Assembly (NCBI GenBank): GCA_965214935.1
Contig: CBDCCS010000002.1
Coordinates: 1 to 64,000, forward strand
Direction of reading: 5' to 3'
Length of the DNA: 64,000 nt
Origin: Candidatus Velthaea sp.
Lineage (GTDB): Bacteria > Vulcanimicrobiota > Vulcanimicrobiia > Vulcanimicrobiales > Vulcanimicrobiaceae
Positions 10,728 through 20,227 of the stretch are shown here, piece after piece (the stretch's first letter is position 1; each line of letters begins with the position of its first letter). The translations under genes were made by a program, and so were the position numbers. The notes under the pieces were generated by a model. That model worked only from the letters and a program-made list of their open reading frames with translations. It did no database searches and was not told the DNA's origin.

Positions 10728-11198
10728 TTACCAGCGGTAGTGGGCAAAAGCTTTGTTCGCTTCGGCCATCTTGTGAGTGTCTTCGCGTTTCTTGATCGAC
10801 ATGCCGAGATTGTTCGAGGCGTCCATGAGTTCGGCCGCAAGTTTTTCTTCCATCGAACGCCCGGGACGCTTACGGGCATAACCGATCAGCCAACGCATTG
10901 CCATCGCTTGACGACGATCCGGGCGAACCTCCATCGGCACTTGATAAGTTGCACCGCCGACGCGCCGGGGCCGTACTTCGACCAGCGGCATCGCGTTGCC
11001 GAGTGCCTGCGTGAAAACGTCCATCGGGTCGCGACCCATCTTCGTTTCGATCAGTGCGAGCGCTTCGTACGTAATTTTCTCAGCGGTCGACTTTTTGCCG
11101 GCGAGCATCACCTTATTAATGAAGCGCGCAAGAACTTTCGAGTTGAATTTCGGATCGGGCAGAATCGGGCGTTTCGCAACGGGGCCTTTACGCGGCAT
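10728..11198 (-). CDS. rpsG: 30S ribosomal protein S7
   Basis: MPRKG...[11 protein letters not shown]...[15 protein letters not shown]. Confidence 0.99.
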   Translation of the reverse strand: MPRKGPVAKRPILPDPKFNSKVLARFINKVMLAGKKSTAEKITYEALALIETKMGRDPMDVFTQALGNAMPLVEVRPRRVGGATYQVPMEVRPDRRQAMAMRWLIGYARKRPGRSMEEKLAAELMDASNNLGMSIKKREDTHKMAEANKAFAHYRW

Positions 11199-11215
11199 AA
11201 CTTTGTCCTACTACC

Positions 11216-11656
11216 TTACTTCTTGGCATTGCGCTTGGCGCCGTATTTCGAGCGGCCCTGTTTACGGTTGGCTGCTCCGGACGTGTCGAGCGTACCGCGG
11301 ATGATGTGGTATCGAACTCCGGGCAGATCTTTAACCCGGCCGCCGCGGATGAGAACGACCGAATGTTCCTGGAGGTTATGACCGATACCGGGGATGTAAG
11401 CGGTCACCTCTTCGCCGTTCGTAAGCCGCACGCGGGCAACTTTTCGCAAAGCCGAATTCGGCTTCTTGGGCGTAATGGTTTTCACTTGTGTGCACACGCC
11501 GCGCCGCTGCGGATTGCCGGCAACCTCGAACGAACGCAGCGGCAAGTCAGGGTGACCCGGCTTCGGTCCGGTTTGAACGACGCGGAACGCCGGTGTCTTG
11601 ACTTTCTTTTGCTGCTTTTCGCGGCCCTTACGGACCAACTGGCTAATGGTAGGCAA
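11216..11656 (-). CDS. rpsL: 30S ribosomal protein S12 (TTG start, internal insertion)
   Basis: [11 protein letters not shown]...PQRRGVC...[10 protein letters not shown]...[13 protein letters not shown] at 11656 is preceded by an AGGGG Shine-Dalgarno-like sequence. Confidence 0.98.
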   Translation of the reverse strand: MPTISQLVRKGREKQQKKVKTPAFRVVQTGPKPGHPDLPLRSFEVAGNPQRRGVCTQVKTITPKKPNSALRKVARVRLTNGEEVTAYIPGIGHNLQEHSVVLIRGGRVKDLPGVRYHIIRGTLDTSGAANRKQGRSKYGAKRNAKK

Positions 11657-11713
11657 TCTCGTCCCCTGACACACACAAAGATGGCCGCACCGTCGGTGGG
11701 CCGGAACCCCCGG

Positions 11714-11742
11714 ATTATAGCAAGGCGGACCTTCTGCGTCAA
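11714..11742 (-). promoter_or_regulatory. sigma70-type promoter of the str operon
   Basis: Minus strand reads TTGACG (11742-11737), 17 bp spacer, TATAAT (11719-11714), with a TG extended -10 element. Confidence 0.85.
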
Positions 11743-11951
11743 CGCAGGATTAAGGTGATAGCCCTTTTCGTCCCGTACCGTGGTTCCGGGGCGGATCCTA
11801 CGGAGGTTGCCGACGTCCCGTCGAAGGGCCACGGCAGAACCGCGCAAAGTCTTTGTTCCTTCCGGGTTGGATCACACATAATGGCGACAAGTACTTCTCA
11901 ACAGGACCTTCGGTATGCGAGTTCTTCAAGCTGTCCGGGAAAGCGTGCCTC

Positions 11952-12752
11952 ATGACGACCATGCCTGATCTTTCGATCGTGGTGCCATTTTTCAATGAGG
12001 GCGAGACGGTCGATTCAACCGTTGCGGCCCTGGCACGTGAAGATGCCGAATTAATCTTCATCGACGACGGCAGTTCGGACGGTACCGGCGATCGTCTACG
12101 GGCCGCCGCTAGTCGTTTTGCAAACATTCGGGTGATTTCACACGAGCGCAATCAAGGCGCAAACGCTGCGCTGCTGACCGGCTTGACCGCTGCGACGGGC
12201 GAAACCGTTGTCGTCTTGGACGCCGACCTAAGTTATGGACCTGAAAACGTCGATGCTTTAGTGACGGCGTTGCGGTCGCAATATGCCGCAATCGCCGTTG
12301 CTTCGCCCTATCATCTCGACGGAACGGTGCATAATGTTCCACCGACTCGCCTAGCCTTGAGCGTTGCAGCGAACCGCTTTTTCAAAAGCGTTACCCGTTC
12401 GCACGTTGCGACGTATACCGGTATGGTTCGGGCTTACAGCCGGACGTTTTTATCGCGTATCAATCCGCAAGCGCTGACCGGTGAAATCAATTGCGCACTC
12501 ATCCTCGCTGCCCTGGCTCGCGGCGAACGGGTCGTCGAAGTGCCGGCGCGTCTAGCGTGGCCGGAGATCCGGCGCGCAACGGCGCGCTTGTCGGCGCGGT
12601 CGCTCGCCCGCCGCACCGGTGCGGTCATGGCGTCACTGCGGCATGCACCACGTCCAAAAGTCCTTTTTTCCCCGACCCCGATGCTCAGTACCGGCGATGC
12701 ACTCACAGGGTATGGTTCAGTTACTACCCGCCAGAAGGATTGGAACGAATGA
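11952..12752 (+). CDS. GT2 glycosyltransferase, polyprenol-phosphate (DPM1/ArnC-like) type
   Basis: LSIVVPFFNE, IDDGSSDGT, NQG...A...G, LDADL. Confidence 0.85.
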   Translation: MTTMPDLSIVVPFFNEGETVDSTVAALAREDAELIFIDDGSSDGTGDRLRAAASRFANIRVISHERNQGANAALLTGLTAATGETVVVLDADLSYGPENVDALVTALRSQYAAIAVASPYHLDGTVHNVPPTRLALSVAANRFFKSVTRSHVATYTGMVRAYSRTFLSRINPQALTGEINCALILAALARGERVVEVPARLAWPEIRRATARLSARSLARRTGAVMASLRHAPRPKVLFSPTPMLSTGDALTGYGSVTTRQKDWNE

Positions 12753-13972
12753 TTCAACCATTGCCGGAGGTTTTTGCGCTTCCTTCAGATCAGGACGCAA
12801 CCGGCCGTACATTCGATCAAGTTGAACTTGATTATTTGCGTCAGGCGCTCGATAGCGGTGTTCTGACATCAACCAAAGGTTACTTCACCAAAACCTTTGA
12901 GCGCGAATTCGCCGACCTGCTCGGGGCAAAGCATGCTCGTGCATGCGCTTCGGGCTCCGCTGCAATTCACGTAGCGATCGCTGCCATCGATCCCGAACCG
13001 GGCGATGAGATCATTACAACGTCGATTACCGACATGGGCGCAATTACACCGATTCTTTATCAGGGTGCGATTCCGGTATTCGCCGATGTCGATCCGCAAA
13101 CGTATAATGTTACGGCAGCGAGCATCGCGGCAAAAATTTCTCCGAAAACGCGCGCCATTATCGTGACGCACTTATTTGGAAATCCGGCGCCGATGGCCGA
13201 AATCATGGAAGTTGCCGACCGCGCCGGCATTCCGGTCATTGAAGATTCCGCGCAGGCCATGCTTGCTACGATCGATGGTAAATCAATCGGTACGATCGGA
13301 GCGATCGGCTGCTTTAGCCTACAACAAGGCAAGCATATTACCACCGGCGAGGGCGGCGTGGTCGTGACCAACGATCCGGCACTCGATCGAGCAATGTACC
13401 TGTACATCAATAAGGGTTGGGGGTACGGCGATAAGAATCCCGATCATTATTCGCTTGCCCTCAATTACCGGGTCAGTGAACTGCAAGGCGCCGTTGCGCT
13501 GGCGCAGTTGCAGAAGCTGCCGTCGGTCGTTCGCCGGCGCCAAAACCTTGCCGCCCAGTTCAAAGCCATGATCGCCGATATCCCCGGAATCGAGAGCCCG
13601 GTCATCGCCGCCGATGCGGAATGCGCATTTTGGAAATATGCCTTGCGCGTCGATACCGATATCGTCAAAGGCGGACCCGTTGCGCTGGCCTCGAAGCTGG
13701 CGAAGCTCAAGATCGCTTCGGCGCCGCGTTATATCGTCAAACCGGCCTTCGCCTGCGAAGTCATTCGCGAGCAGAAGACATTCGGTTCGAGCCACTGGCC
13801 ATTTACCTTAGCGCGCCCCGAGGCCGTCGATTACTCGCCGGCACTATTCGGCGGGACGTATGACGCGCTCGAGCACGTACTGGTATTGCCGTGGAACGAT
13901 CGCTATGACGAAGGACACCTAGTTCATATCGAGCGCACGTTGCGTGAAGCGGTCAAGGAGTTGGCTTCATGA
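12749..13972 (+). CDS. DegT/DnrJ/EryC1/StrS sugar aminotransferase
   Basis: SGSAA, GDEII, IEDSAQA, FSLQQGKHITTGEGG (PLP lysine), NYRVSELQGA; ATGA overlap with the upstream gene. Confidence 0.93.
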   Translation: MIQPLPEVFALPSDQDATGRTFDQVELDYLRQALDSGVLTSTKGYFTKTFEREFADLLGAKHARACASGSAAIHVAIAAIDPEPGDEIITTSITDMGAITPILYQGAIPVFADVDPQTYNVTAASIAAKISPKTRAIIVTHLFGNPAPMAEIMEVADRAGIPVIEDSAQAMLATIDGKSIGTIGAIGCFSLQQGKHITTGEGGVVVTNDPALDRAMYLYINKGWGYGDKNPDHYSLALNYRVSELQGAVALAQLQKLPSVVRRRQNLAAQFKAMIADIPGIESPVIAADAECAFWKYALRVDTDIVKGGPVALASKLAKLKIASAPRYIVKPAFACEVIREQKTFGSSHWPFTLARPEAVDYSPALFGGTYDALEHVLVLPWNDRYDEGHLVHIERTLREAVKELAS

Positions 13973-14982
13973 TTCGCGTTGCAATCGTCGGCGCGGGCGC
14001 CATTGCGCGCGCCCATGCCGACGCACTTGCAGCGTCGCCGCATTTCGAGCTTGTTTACGTCGTCGACGTCGACGCCATGCGCGCAAGTGAGCTGGCCGAC
14101 AAGTTCGGCGCGCGCGCTGCCACATCGATCGATGCACTGACCGACGGCTCGGTCGACGCAGCGATCGTCAGCACGCCGCCCGTCACCCACCGTGACGTGA
14201 CGATCGCATTGCTCGAAGCCGGCGTCCACGTGCTGTGCGAAAAACCGTTCGCACTCGAGCGTCGGAACGCGTACGAGATGGCCGAAACCGCCAAGCGTTG
14301 CGGCCGGGTGTTGACGATGGCGACGAAATTTCGTTTCGTTAACGACCTTACGATCGCTCGCGACGCCATCGCTGCGGGCAAGATCGGCACGCTCTACCGC
14401 GTCACTAATGTGTTTGCGTCCCCGGTCGACATGTCCGGCCGTTGGAACACCGACCCCGCGTTCAGCGGCGGCGGCGTCATCATCGATAACGGCACTCACT
14501 CCGTCGACATTATGCGCTACATTTTAGGCCCGATTGAAAGCGTGCGGGCGATTGAGTCGACGAAAGAGCGCGCTTACCCCGCGGTCGAAGACACCGGTCG
14601 CATCGAAGTGCTCAGCGCGGGCGGCGTTTTCGGTCGCATTGAATTGTCGTGGAGCGAACAAAGCGCCGGCCCGTGGTTTATTTCGATCCTCGGTAGCCGT
14701 GGCGGCATCGATATCGGTTGGAAAGGTTCGCGCCGGCGTTTCGACGGCGCGTCGGAGTACACCGCATTCGGCGCCGGTTACGATAAGATGGCGGCGTTCG
14801 CCGGCCAAATCGCCGATTTCGCGGCAGCGATTCGCGGCGAGCGTCCGACGACCACCTCGCTCGATGAAGCCGTCGCGTCGGTCGACGTTATCGATGCCGC
14901 GTACGCTTCGATGCGTGCCGATCGCTGGATTGCCGTCGGCGGCGTGACGATGAATCCGCCGGCTCTGCGGGTCGTGGGGTGA
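13969..14982 (+). CDS. Gfo/Idh/MocA NAD-dependent sugar oxidoreductase
   Basis: GAGAIA Rossmann motif, HVLCEKP, GGGVIIDNGTH. Confidence 0.92.
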   Translation: MIRVAIVGAGAIARAHADALAASPHFELVYVVDVDAMRASELADKFGARAATSIDALTDGSVDAAIVSTPPVTHRDVTIALLEAGVHVLCEKPFALERRNAYEMAETAKRCGRVLTMATKFRFVNDLTIARDAIAAGKIGTLYRVTNVFASPVDMSGRWNTDPAFSGGGVIIDNGTHSVDIMRYILGPIESVRAIESTKERAYPAVEDTGRIEVLSAGGVFGRIELSWSEQSAGPWFISILGSRGGIDIGWKGSRRRFDGASEYTAFGAGYDKMAAFAGQIADFAAAIRGERPTTTSLDEAVASVDVIDAAYASMRADRWIAVGGVTMNPPALRVVG

Positions 14983-15620
14983 GCCTCATCCATCCCGATC
15001 AACGAGTCGACGTTCGCATCCATCCATCGGCGATCGTCGAAGATCGCGTGGCGCTCGGGGCCGGGACTAGTGTTTGGGACGGCGTTCACATTCGTCACGG
15101 CGCCCAAATCGGTGAAGAATGCATCGTCGGCGAAAAGACCTACATCGCCTACGATGTGAAGATCGGCGATCGCTGCAAGATCAACGCCAGCGTGTATATC
15201 TGCGCCGAAGTGTCGATCGAGACGGGCGTTATGATTTCGGCGCATACCGTCTTCACCAACGATCGCTTTCCGCGCGCCTGCACGCCCGATCTCAGCGCGC
15301 TGCTCCCATCGGATCCCGATGAAATGACGTTGGCAACCCTCGTTCGCGAAGGTGCGACGATCGGCGCCAACTGCACGATCGGAAGCGGCATCATCATCGG
15401 ACGTTTTAGCATGGTCGGGATGGGCTCGATCGTGACACGCAGCGTTCCGGACTTTCATCTCGTCATCGGTCAGCCGGCACAAACGATCGGCTACGTCTGC
15501 CGGTGCGGACAGCTTCTTCACCGGACACACGGGCTCAAACGCTATACCGGTCGCCTCGTTTGCTCGCGTTGCGAACGCGCGTACATCGTGGCGGATAACG
15601 CCGTCGCGGAAACGGCGTGA
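14979..15620 (+). CDS. Hexapeptide-repeat N-acetyltransferase (WbpD/WlbB-like)
   Basis: IHPSAIVE, hexapeptide repeats, VFTND.FPR, GATIGAN, C-terminal CxC...CxxC zinc ribbon. Confidence 0.9.
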   Translation: MSLIHPDQRVDVRIHPSAIVEDRVALGAGTSVWDGVHIRHGAQIGEECIVGEKTYIAYDVKIGDRCKINASVYICAEVSIETGVMISAHTVFTNDRFPRACTPDLSALLPSDPDEMTLATLVREGATIGANCTIGSGIIIGRFSMVGMGSIVTRSVPDFHLVIGQPAQTIGYVCRCGQLLHRTHGLKRYTGRLVCSRCERAYIVADNAVAETA

Positions 15621-16960
15621 TCGAGAGCGCCATCGCCGGCACCGCACGGTCGACCGGCGAACGCGTTGCCGTCGTCGGCGGCGGTGTCGTCGGTTGCGTC
15701 GTCGCTTTACGTTTAGCTGCCGCGGGCCGTCGCGTAACGCTGTTTGAAGCTGCGCCGGTCCTTGGCGGTTTGGCAGCTCCCTGGCAGCTGGGTCCGCTGA
15801 TTTGGGATCGCCATTATCACGTCATCTGCGAATCGGACGAAACGCTGCGCTCACTCTTGCGTGAGCTCGATATTGAAGCAGAGATTGTGTGGTCGTCGGT
15901 TCGTACCGGTTTTTTTACCGGTGGGCGCTTGCACGAATTTACGAGCGTTCGAGACTTCTTGGCCTTTCCGCCCTTGCATTTGCATGAAAAGCTGCGCCTT
16001 GGCGCTGCAATCGTGTATGCATCGCGCATAAAGCCGCGGTCGGTCCGCAATATCACCGCTGCGGCTTGGCTGACGCGTCTGTGTGGCCGACGCGTCTACA
16101 CCCAAGTGTGGGAGCCGCTATTACGCGCGAAACTCGGCGCTAACGCGACGAGCGTTGCGGCGTCGTTCATTGCCGTCACCATTCGCCGTCTCTTCGGCGC
16201 GCGTACGAATACCAAAGGTGCCGAGCGTTTCGGCTACGTTCCCGGCGGCTATGCGCGAATTCTTGCCGTACTCGGACAGAAGCTGCTGGACGCGGGCGTC
16301 GAGATCCGTACCGGTACGCCGATCGAACGCGTCACGCAACATGCCGAACGAGCAGAGGTCACGACGTCGCAAGGATCGGAGTCGTACGGCCACGTCGTCA
16401 TTACCGTCCCGGTACCGCTCGTGGCCGGTCTCGTACCGGGGCTATCGCAAACTGAGCAAGCCGGCTTAAACGCCATCCCATATGCCGGCGTCGTGTGCGC
16501 TTCACTGCTCGTCGATAAGCCGCTTAGTCCCTATTACATCATGAATATCACCGATCAATGGGTGCCGTTTAGCGCGATTATCGAGTTTTCCAACGTTACG
16601 GGTACTGCTCCATTCGGCGGTAAGTCACTCATTTATCTACCGAAGTATGTTGCACCGGACGATCCGCTTTTCACCCAAGACGACGAGACGATTCGGCACT
16701 CATTCGTATCGGCGCTGAGCCGAATGTTGCCCGGATTTCAACCGGCGGCAATTAGCGCATTTCGTATATCCCGCGTTCGCAACGTCTTCCCGTTTCCAAT
16801 TGCTGCTTCACCGTACGATCCGCCGTCATTTACGACGTCCCTCGCGAGTGTAACGCTCGCCACGGCAGCTCAAATCGACGATGCCACACTGAATGTCGAC
16901 CGCAGTATTGAACTTGCGAACGCCGCTGCCGTTCACGTGTTACAAGGAACGCCGCGATGA
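15617..16960 (+). CDS. FAD-dependent oxidoreductase (amine oxidase/HemY superfamily)
   Basis: VVGGGVVG...FEA...GGLA...DRHYH N-terminal FAD motif. Confidence 0.82.
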   Translation: MIESAIAGTARSTGERVAVVGGGVVGCVVALRLAAAGRRVTLFEAAPVLGGLAAPWQLGPLIWDRHYHVICESDETLRSLLRELDIEAEIVWSSVRTGFFTGGRLHEFTSVRDFLAFPPLHLHEKLRLGAAIVYASRIKPRSVRNITAAAWLTRLCGRRVYTQVWEPLLRAKLGANATSVAASFIAVTIRRLFGARTNTKGAERFGYVPGGYARILAVLGQKLLDAGVEIRTGTPIERVTQHAERAEVTTSQGSESYGHVVITVPVPLVAGLVPGLSQTEQAGLNAIPYAGVVCASLLVDKPLSPYYIMNITDQWVPFSAIIEFSNVTGTAPFGGKSLIYLPKYVAPDDPLFTQDDETIRHSFVSALSRMLPGFQPAAISAFRISRVRNVFPFPIAASPYDPPSFTTSLASVTLATAAQIDDATLNVDRSIELANAAAVHVLQGTPR

Positions 16961-17913
16961 AACCGCATGCAAGCCTCTCCCTCGATCTGGACAACGCGTG
17001 GTCGTATTTAAAAACGCGCAACGACGACGCTTGGCAGGCTTATCCGTCTTATCTCGATCGCGTCGTACCGGACGTTTTGTCGACCATGGACAAGCACGAA
17101 GTCAAAATGACGGTGTTCATCGTCGGTCGGGACGCGGCGCTCACGGCCAACCGCCAAGCGATGGAAGCCTTAGGAGCTAGCCGGCACGAACTCGGCAACC
17201 ACTCGTACGAACACGAGCCGTGGATCACCGGTCGTTCGCAAGATGACATTGCGAGCGAAATCGGCCTAGCGCAAGATGCCATTGCGAGCGCAACTGGCCG
17301 GCGGCCGAGCGGCTTTCGCAGTCCCGGATATGCGCTTGCGCCGAACGTTCTTGAAGCTTTAGGATCGCTTGGATTTCAGTACGATGCGTCGTCGCTGCCG
17401 ACGTGTATCGGCCCGCTCGCACGGGCGTACTATTTTGCAACTGCAAAGCTCACGCCCAAAGAGCGCGAGCAACGAAGCGCGCTTTTCGGGTCGGTAAGCG
17501 ATGCGTTTCGGCCGCTCAAACCGTATTTCGTGCAAACCGGTTCCGGCCCGCTTCTCGAATTACCGGTAACCACGTTTCCGATCGTGCGCTTGCCGATTCA
17601 CTTCAGTTATGTACTCTACCTCGCGCAATACTCGGAATGGGCTGCAAAAACATATTTTGAAGCAGCGATGCGTGCTTGCCGTTTAAGCGGCGTGCAACCG
17701 TCTTTGCTTCTGCATCCGCTCGACTTCTTGGTAGCGACGGACGAGCCGTCACTTGCGTTTTTTCCGGCGATGCACATGCAGCGCGATCAAAAGCGGCGCG
17801 TACTTGACGCGACGCTGCGCACGTTTTCGACGCATTTCACGATTGTCGGCACCGGCGAGCATGCTCGTCGAGCGACGGACAGTCTCGGCGGCGCAGCAAC
17901 GGTCGCCGCTTAG
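16957..17913 (+). CDS. Polysaccharide deacetylase (CE4/NodB-like)
   Basis: SLDLD, TVFIVG, HELGNHSYEH, GFRSPG, YDAS, LLLHPLDF. Confidence 0.9.
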   Translation: MKPHASLSLDLDNAWSYLKTRNDDAWQAYPSYLDRVVPDVLSTMDKHEVKMTVFIVGRDAALTANRQAMEALGASRHELGNHSYEHEPWITGRSQDDIASEIGLAQDAIASATGRRPSGFRSPGYALAPNVLEALGSLGFQYDASSLPTCIGPLARAYYFATAKLTPKEREQRSALFGSVSDAFRPLKPYFVQTGSGPLLELPVTTFPIVRLPIHFSYVLYLAQYSEWAAKTYFEAAMRACRLSGVQPSLLLHPLDFLVATDEPSLAFFPAMHMQRDQKRRVLDATLRTFSTHFTIVGTGEHARRATDSLGGAATVAA

Positions 17914-18003
17914 CGGCGGTTCCGTGCTACAGCCGTGGCCGGCACCCAGACACATTTTTGAGCTACCGGCGAATACCGAAGGTTTGGAGCGCGGCTACTG
18001 ACG

Positions 18004-18246
18004 CTAGCGTGTCGCCTTGACCGGACGCGCCGACTGCGTTACGCGGTCCGCGCTCACCAGGCGGCCAGCCCGCTCCGCAACGAGATCGATCTGACTTTGC
18101 GTCCACGGCCGATCGAAACCGATCCCCGTCCCGCGATCCGATAGATCGTTCCCGATGCTTAGATCGCTGGTAACCGCAGCCGGAATACCATCGATCTGCG
18201 TTGTCGGTGCGGTAAAGAACACCGGGGCGATACTTTCGAGAGACAA
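18004..18246 (-). CDS. Small hypothetical protein (80 aa)
   Basis: GGAGGA Shine-Dalgarno 5 nt before TTG at 18246; open frame MSLESIAPVFFTAPTT...KATR; no family recognised. Confidence 0.45.
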   Translation of the reverse strand: MSLESIAPVFFTAPTTQIDGIPAAVTSDLSIGNDLSDRGTGIGFDRPWTQSQIDLVAERAGRLVSADRVTQSARPVKATR

Positions 18247-18978
18247 GAGCTTCCTCCAATCGGATTGTGGCTTTACGACCACTTTCAAGCAGTTCGAGCG
18301 GATCGTTACATGGCTTTAGCGCACGCTGCAGCTTTACCCGCGGCCGCTCGATGTTACGCCGATTCACCCGTACGAATCGCACGGCTTTACATATAACCCG
18401 ATTCGACACCGCAAGTATCTAACTTTTTATCGCCAGCATTACGAGCTGTAATCAGGGTTTCAACGGTGTTAGCAGTCTGGACGGCTCTTTGAAAGAACGG
18501 CTGCTTGCAAATGCAGCAACGCCAAGGTCTTCTCATCCATCGACCCTAGCCGGAGGCGCGAAGTCAAGAGGCGGCCGAACGTCACAACCGCAGATCGCGG
18601 CAGTCCGGGGTGCGTTCGCGATCGCAGCAGCCGCCGCGCGCTGGTCGCATCGAACAGAACACGACTGAAACAAGCTTCGTCTACCGATTGCAACGTTCCG
18701 CACGACTGAAGTACCAGTGCGCTAAACGGAATTCGTTGAGGAACGCCGCGGAACGGACGCTGTAACAGCGCTACAACTATTTAAATAATTTTAGGGCGCG
18801 CAACGACCGCGTTCAAAGCGCGATAGGTTCGTGCTGGCACGCGTTGCGGAACTTTCTTCCACTTGCGAACATCGAATTTGCGGGGGAGATCGAAAGGCGA
18901 TACTCAAACGCCTCGCGATATGATTCGCGCGTTAAATCGTGAGACCAATCAGTTGACGATCGGCAAAGGCGTTAGTCG

Positions 18979-19917
18979 ATGATGTCGGCGACGCCGCAAG
19001 TCGCCCTGAGCATCTGTATTTGTACGCGCAATCGGCCTGACGATCTCGAAATAGCGTTAGCGTCAATCGGCCGATCCGGTTTGCCGGTCTTCCAGATTGT
19101 CGTCTCTGACGACAGTACCGACGATCGCACGAAGCTGCTCATGCGCGAACGGTATACACACGTCGATTTTATCGAAGGCCCTCGGCGCGGCTTGTGCGCA
19201 AATCGCAACACCGCTTTGACGGCGGTACGTGGAACGCACGTTCTGTTCATCGATGACGACGCAGCACTCGGGCCGGACTTCCTTGCCAACATCGATGAAA
19301 CGTTGTTATCCGTCGATCCGGCCGTGCGTTCGCGGACCATCGTTAGCGGACTCGAGCGGCTGCGTGGAAACCTCATTTTTCCAAGCGACCAAACGTTTCT
19401 CGGCTATCAACGCCGAACCTATCGATCCGGCGATCGTATCAACACCGTCGTCATTAACGCTGCGGTGTTCCCGATCGGATTATTCGAGCTCATCGGGTTC
19501 GATTCAAATTTGATGTACGGTTCCGATGAGGTCGATTTGACGACCCGGGCGATCGCGCGCGGCTTTCAGATCGTTCTTTGCCCAGCCGCCGTGAACGATC
19601 ATTACTCATCAGACGTCAATCGCGAGCAGTATCAAAAGCACATTAATGCTTCGCGCTTATATGTAACGCTCAAGCGCTATTATTTCACCCAGCATGCGTA
19701 TGCACGAGCGCTCGGCTTTGTGCTCGTTGCACCGGTACATCTCACGGCAAGCCTCGTTAAACGAAGGGGTCCGAGCGGCTTTCGAGCCGCGCTTGAGAGC
19801 ATCGCTTTTTGTGTATCGTATGTCGAGAAGTATCTGCGAAGCCGGCCGGATACAGCGGCGCTCGGTGCCCGCCGGACCGATGGTTACGCGGCAACCGGTG
19901 CAACGAAGGCGGTGTAA
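18979..19917 (+). CDS. GT2 glycosyltransferase
   Basis: SICICTRNRP, VSDD, RNTAL, LFIDDD, GSDEVDL. Confidence 0.9.
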   Translation: MMSATPQVALSICICTRNRPDDLEIALASIGRSGLPVFQIVVSDDSTDDRTKLLMRERYTHVDFIEGPRRGLCANRNTALTAVRGTHVLFIDDDAALGPDFLANIDETLLSVDPAVRSRTIVSGLERLRGNLIFPSDQTFLGYQRRTYRSGDRINTVVINAAVFPIGLFELIGFDSNLMYGSDEVDLTTRAIARGFQIVLCPAAVNDHYSSDVNREQYQKHINASRLYVTLKRYYFTQHAYARALGFVLVAPVHLTASLVKRRGPSGFRAALESIAFCVSYVEKYLRSRPDTAALGARRTDGYAATGATKAV

Positions 19918-20227
19918 TCGACGCAATGGCGTCGACAAAGACAAAGGCAAAACGTAAGTCGCAGCGATCCCATCCGCCTGAGATCTGAGAATTCAACTGC
20001 GCTTGCGTAGGAGTGTCGTCGGCTCGGCTCAATCGAACCGCAAGCACGAACGATCGGCCTGACCTCAGGCACGACATCGCCAAGGCGCTAGCCGTCGACT
20101 TGCGCACTCGTTTCGATCGCGGTTTTACGAAGCGGCTTTGACGTCCGTGCTACCGCCTTGTGAGCATGGCGTTTGGTCAAGGCGAGCACGTTTGAAAGCT
20201 ATCACGGACTTACCGTTCTCGTAGCCG

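Noticed and set aside
11330..11480. Possible streptomycin-resistance alleles in rpsL
   Set aside because: PKKPNSA and RVKDLPG are the wild-type motifs.
12491..12748. Long N-terminal extensions in the ORF track (also 35391-35657, 38600-38872, 54012-54149, 59629-59892, 59704-59889)
   Set aside because: They overlap neighbouring genes and lack family motifs; downstream starts fit better.
17963..18409. 148-aa minus-strand ORF
   Set aside because: Arg-rich with no ribosome-binding site; the overlapping 80-aa frame with GGAGGA is the better candidate.
18835..18847. sigma54-like TGGCAC...TTGC
   Set aside because: The GG-to-GC spacing is 8 nt rather than the required 10.
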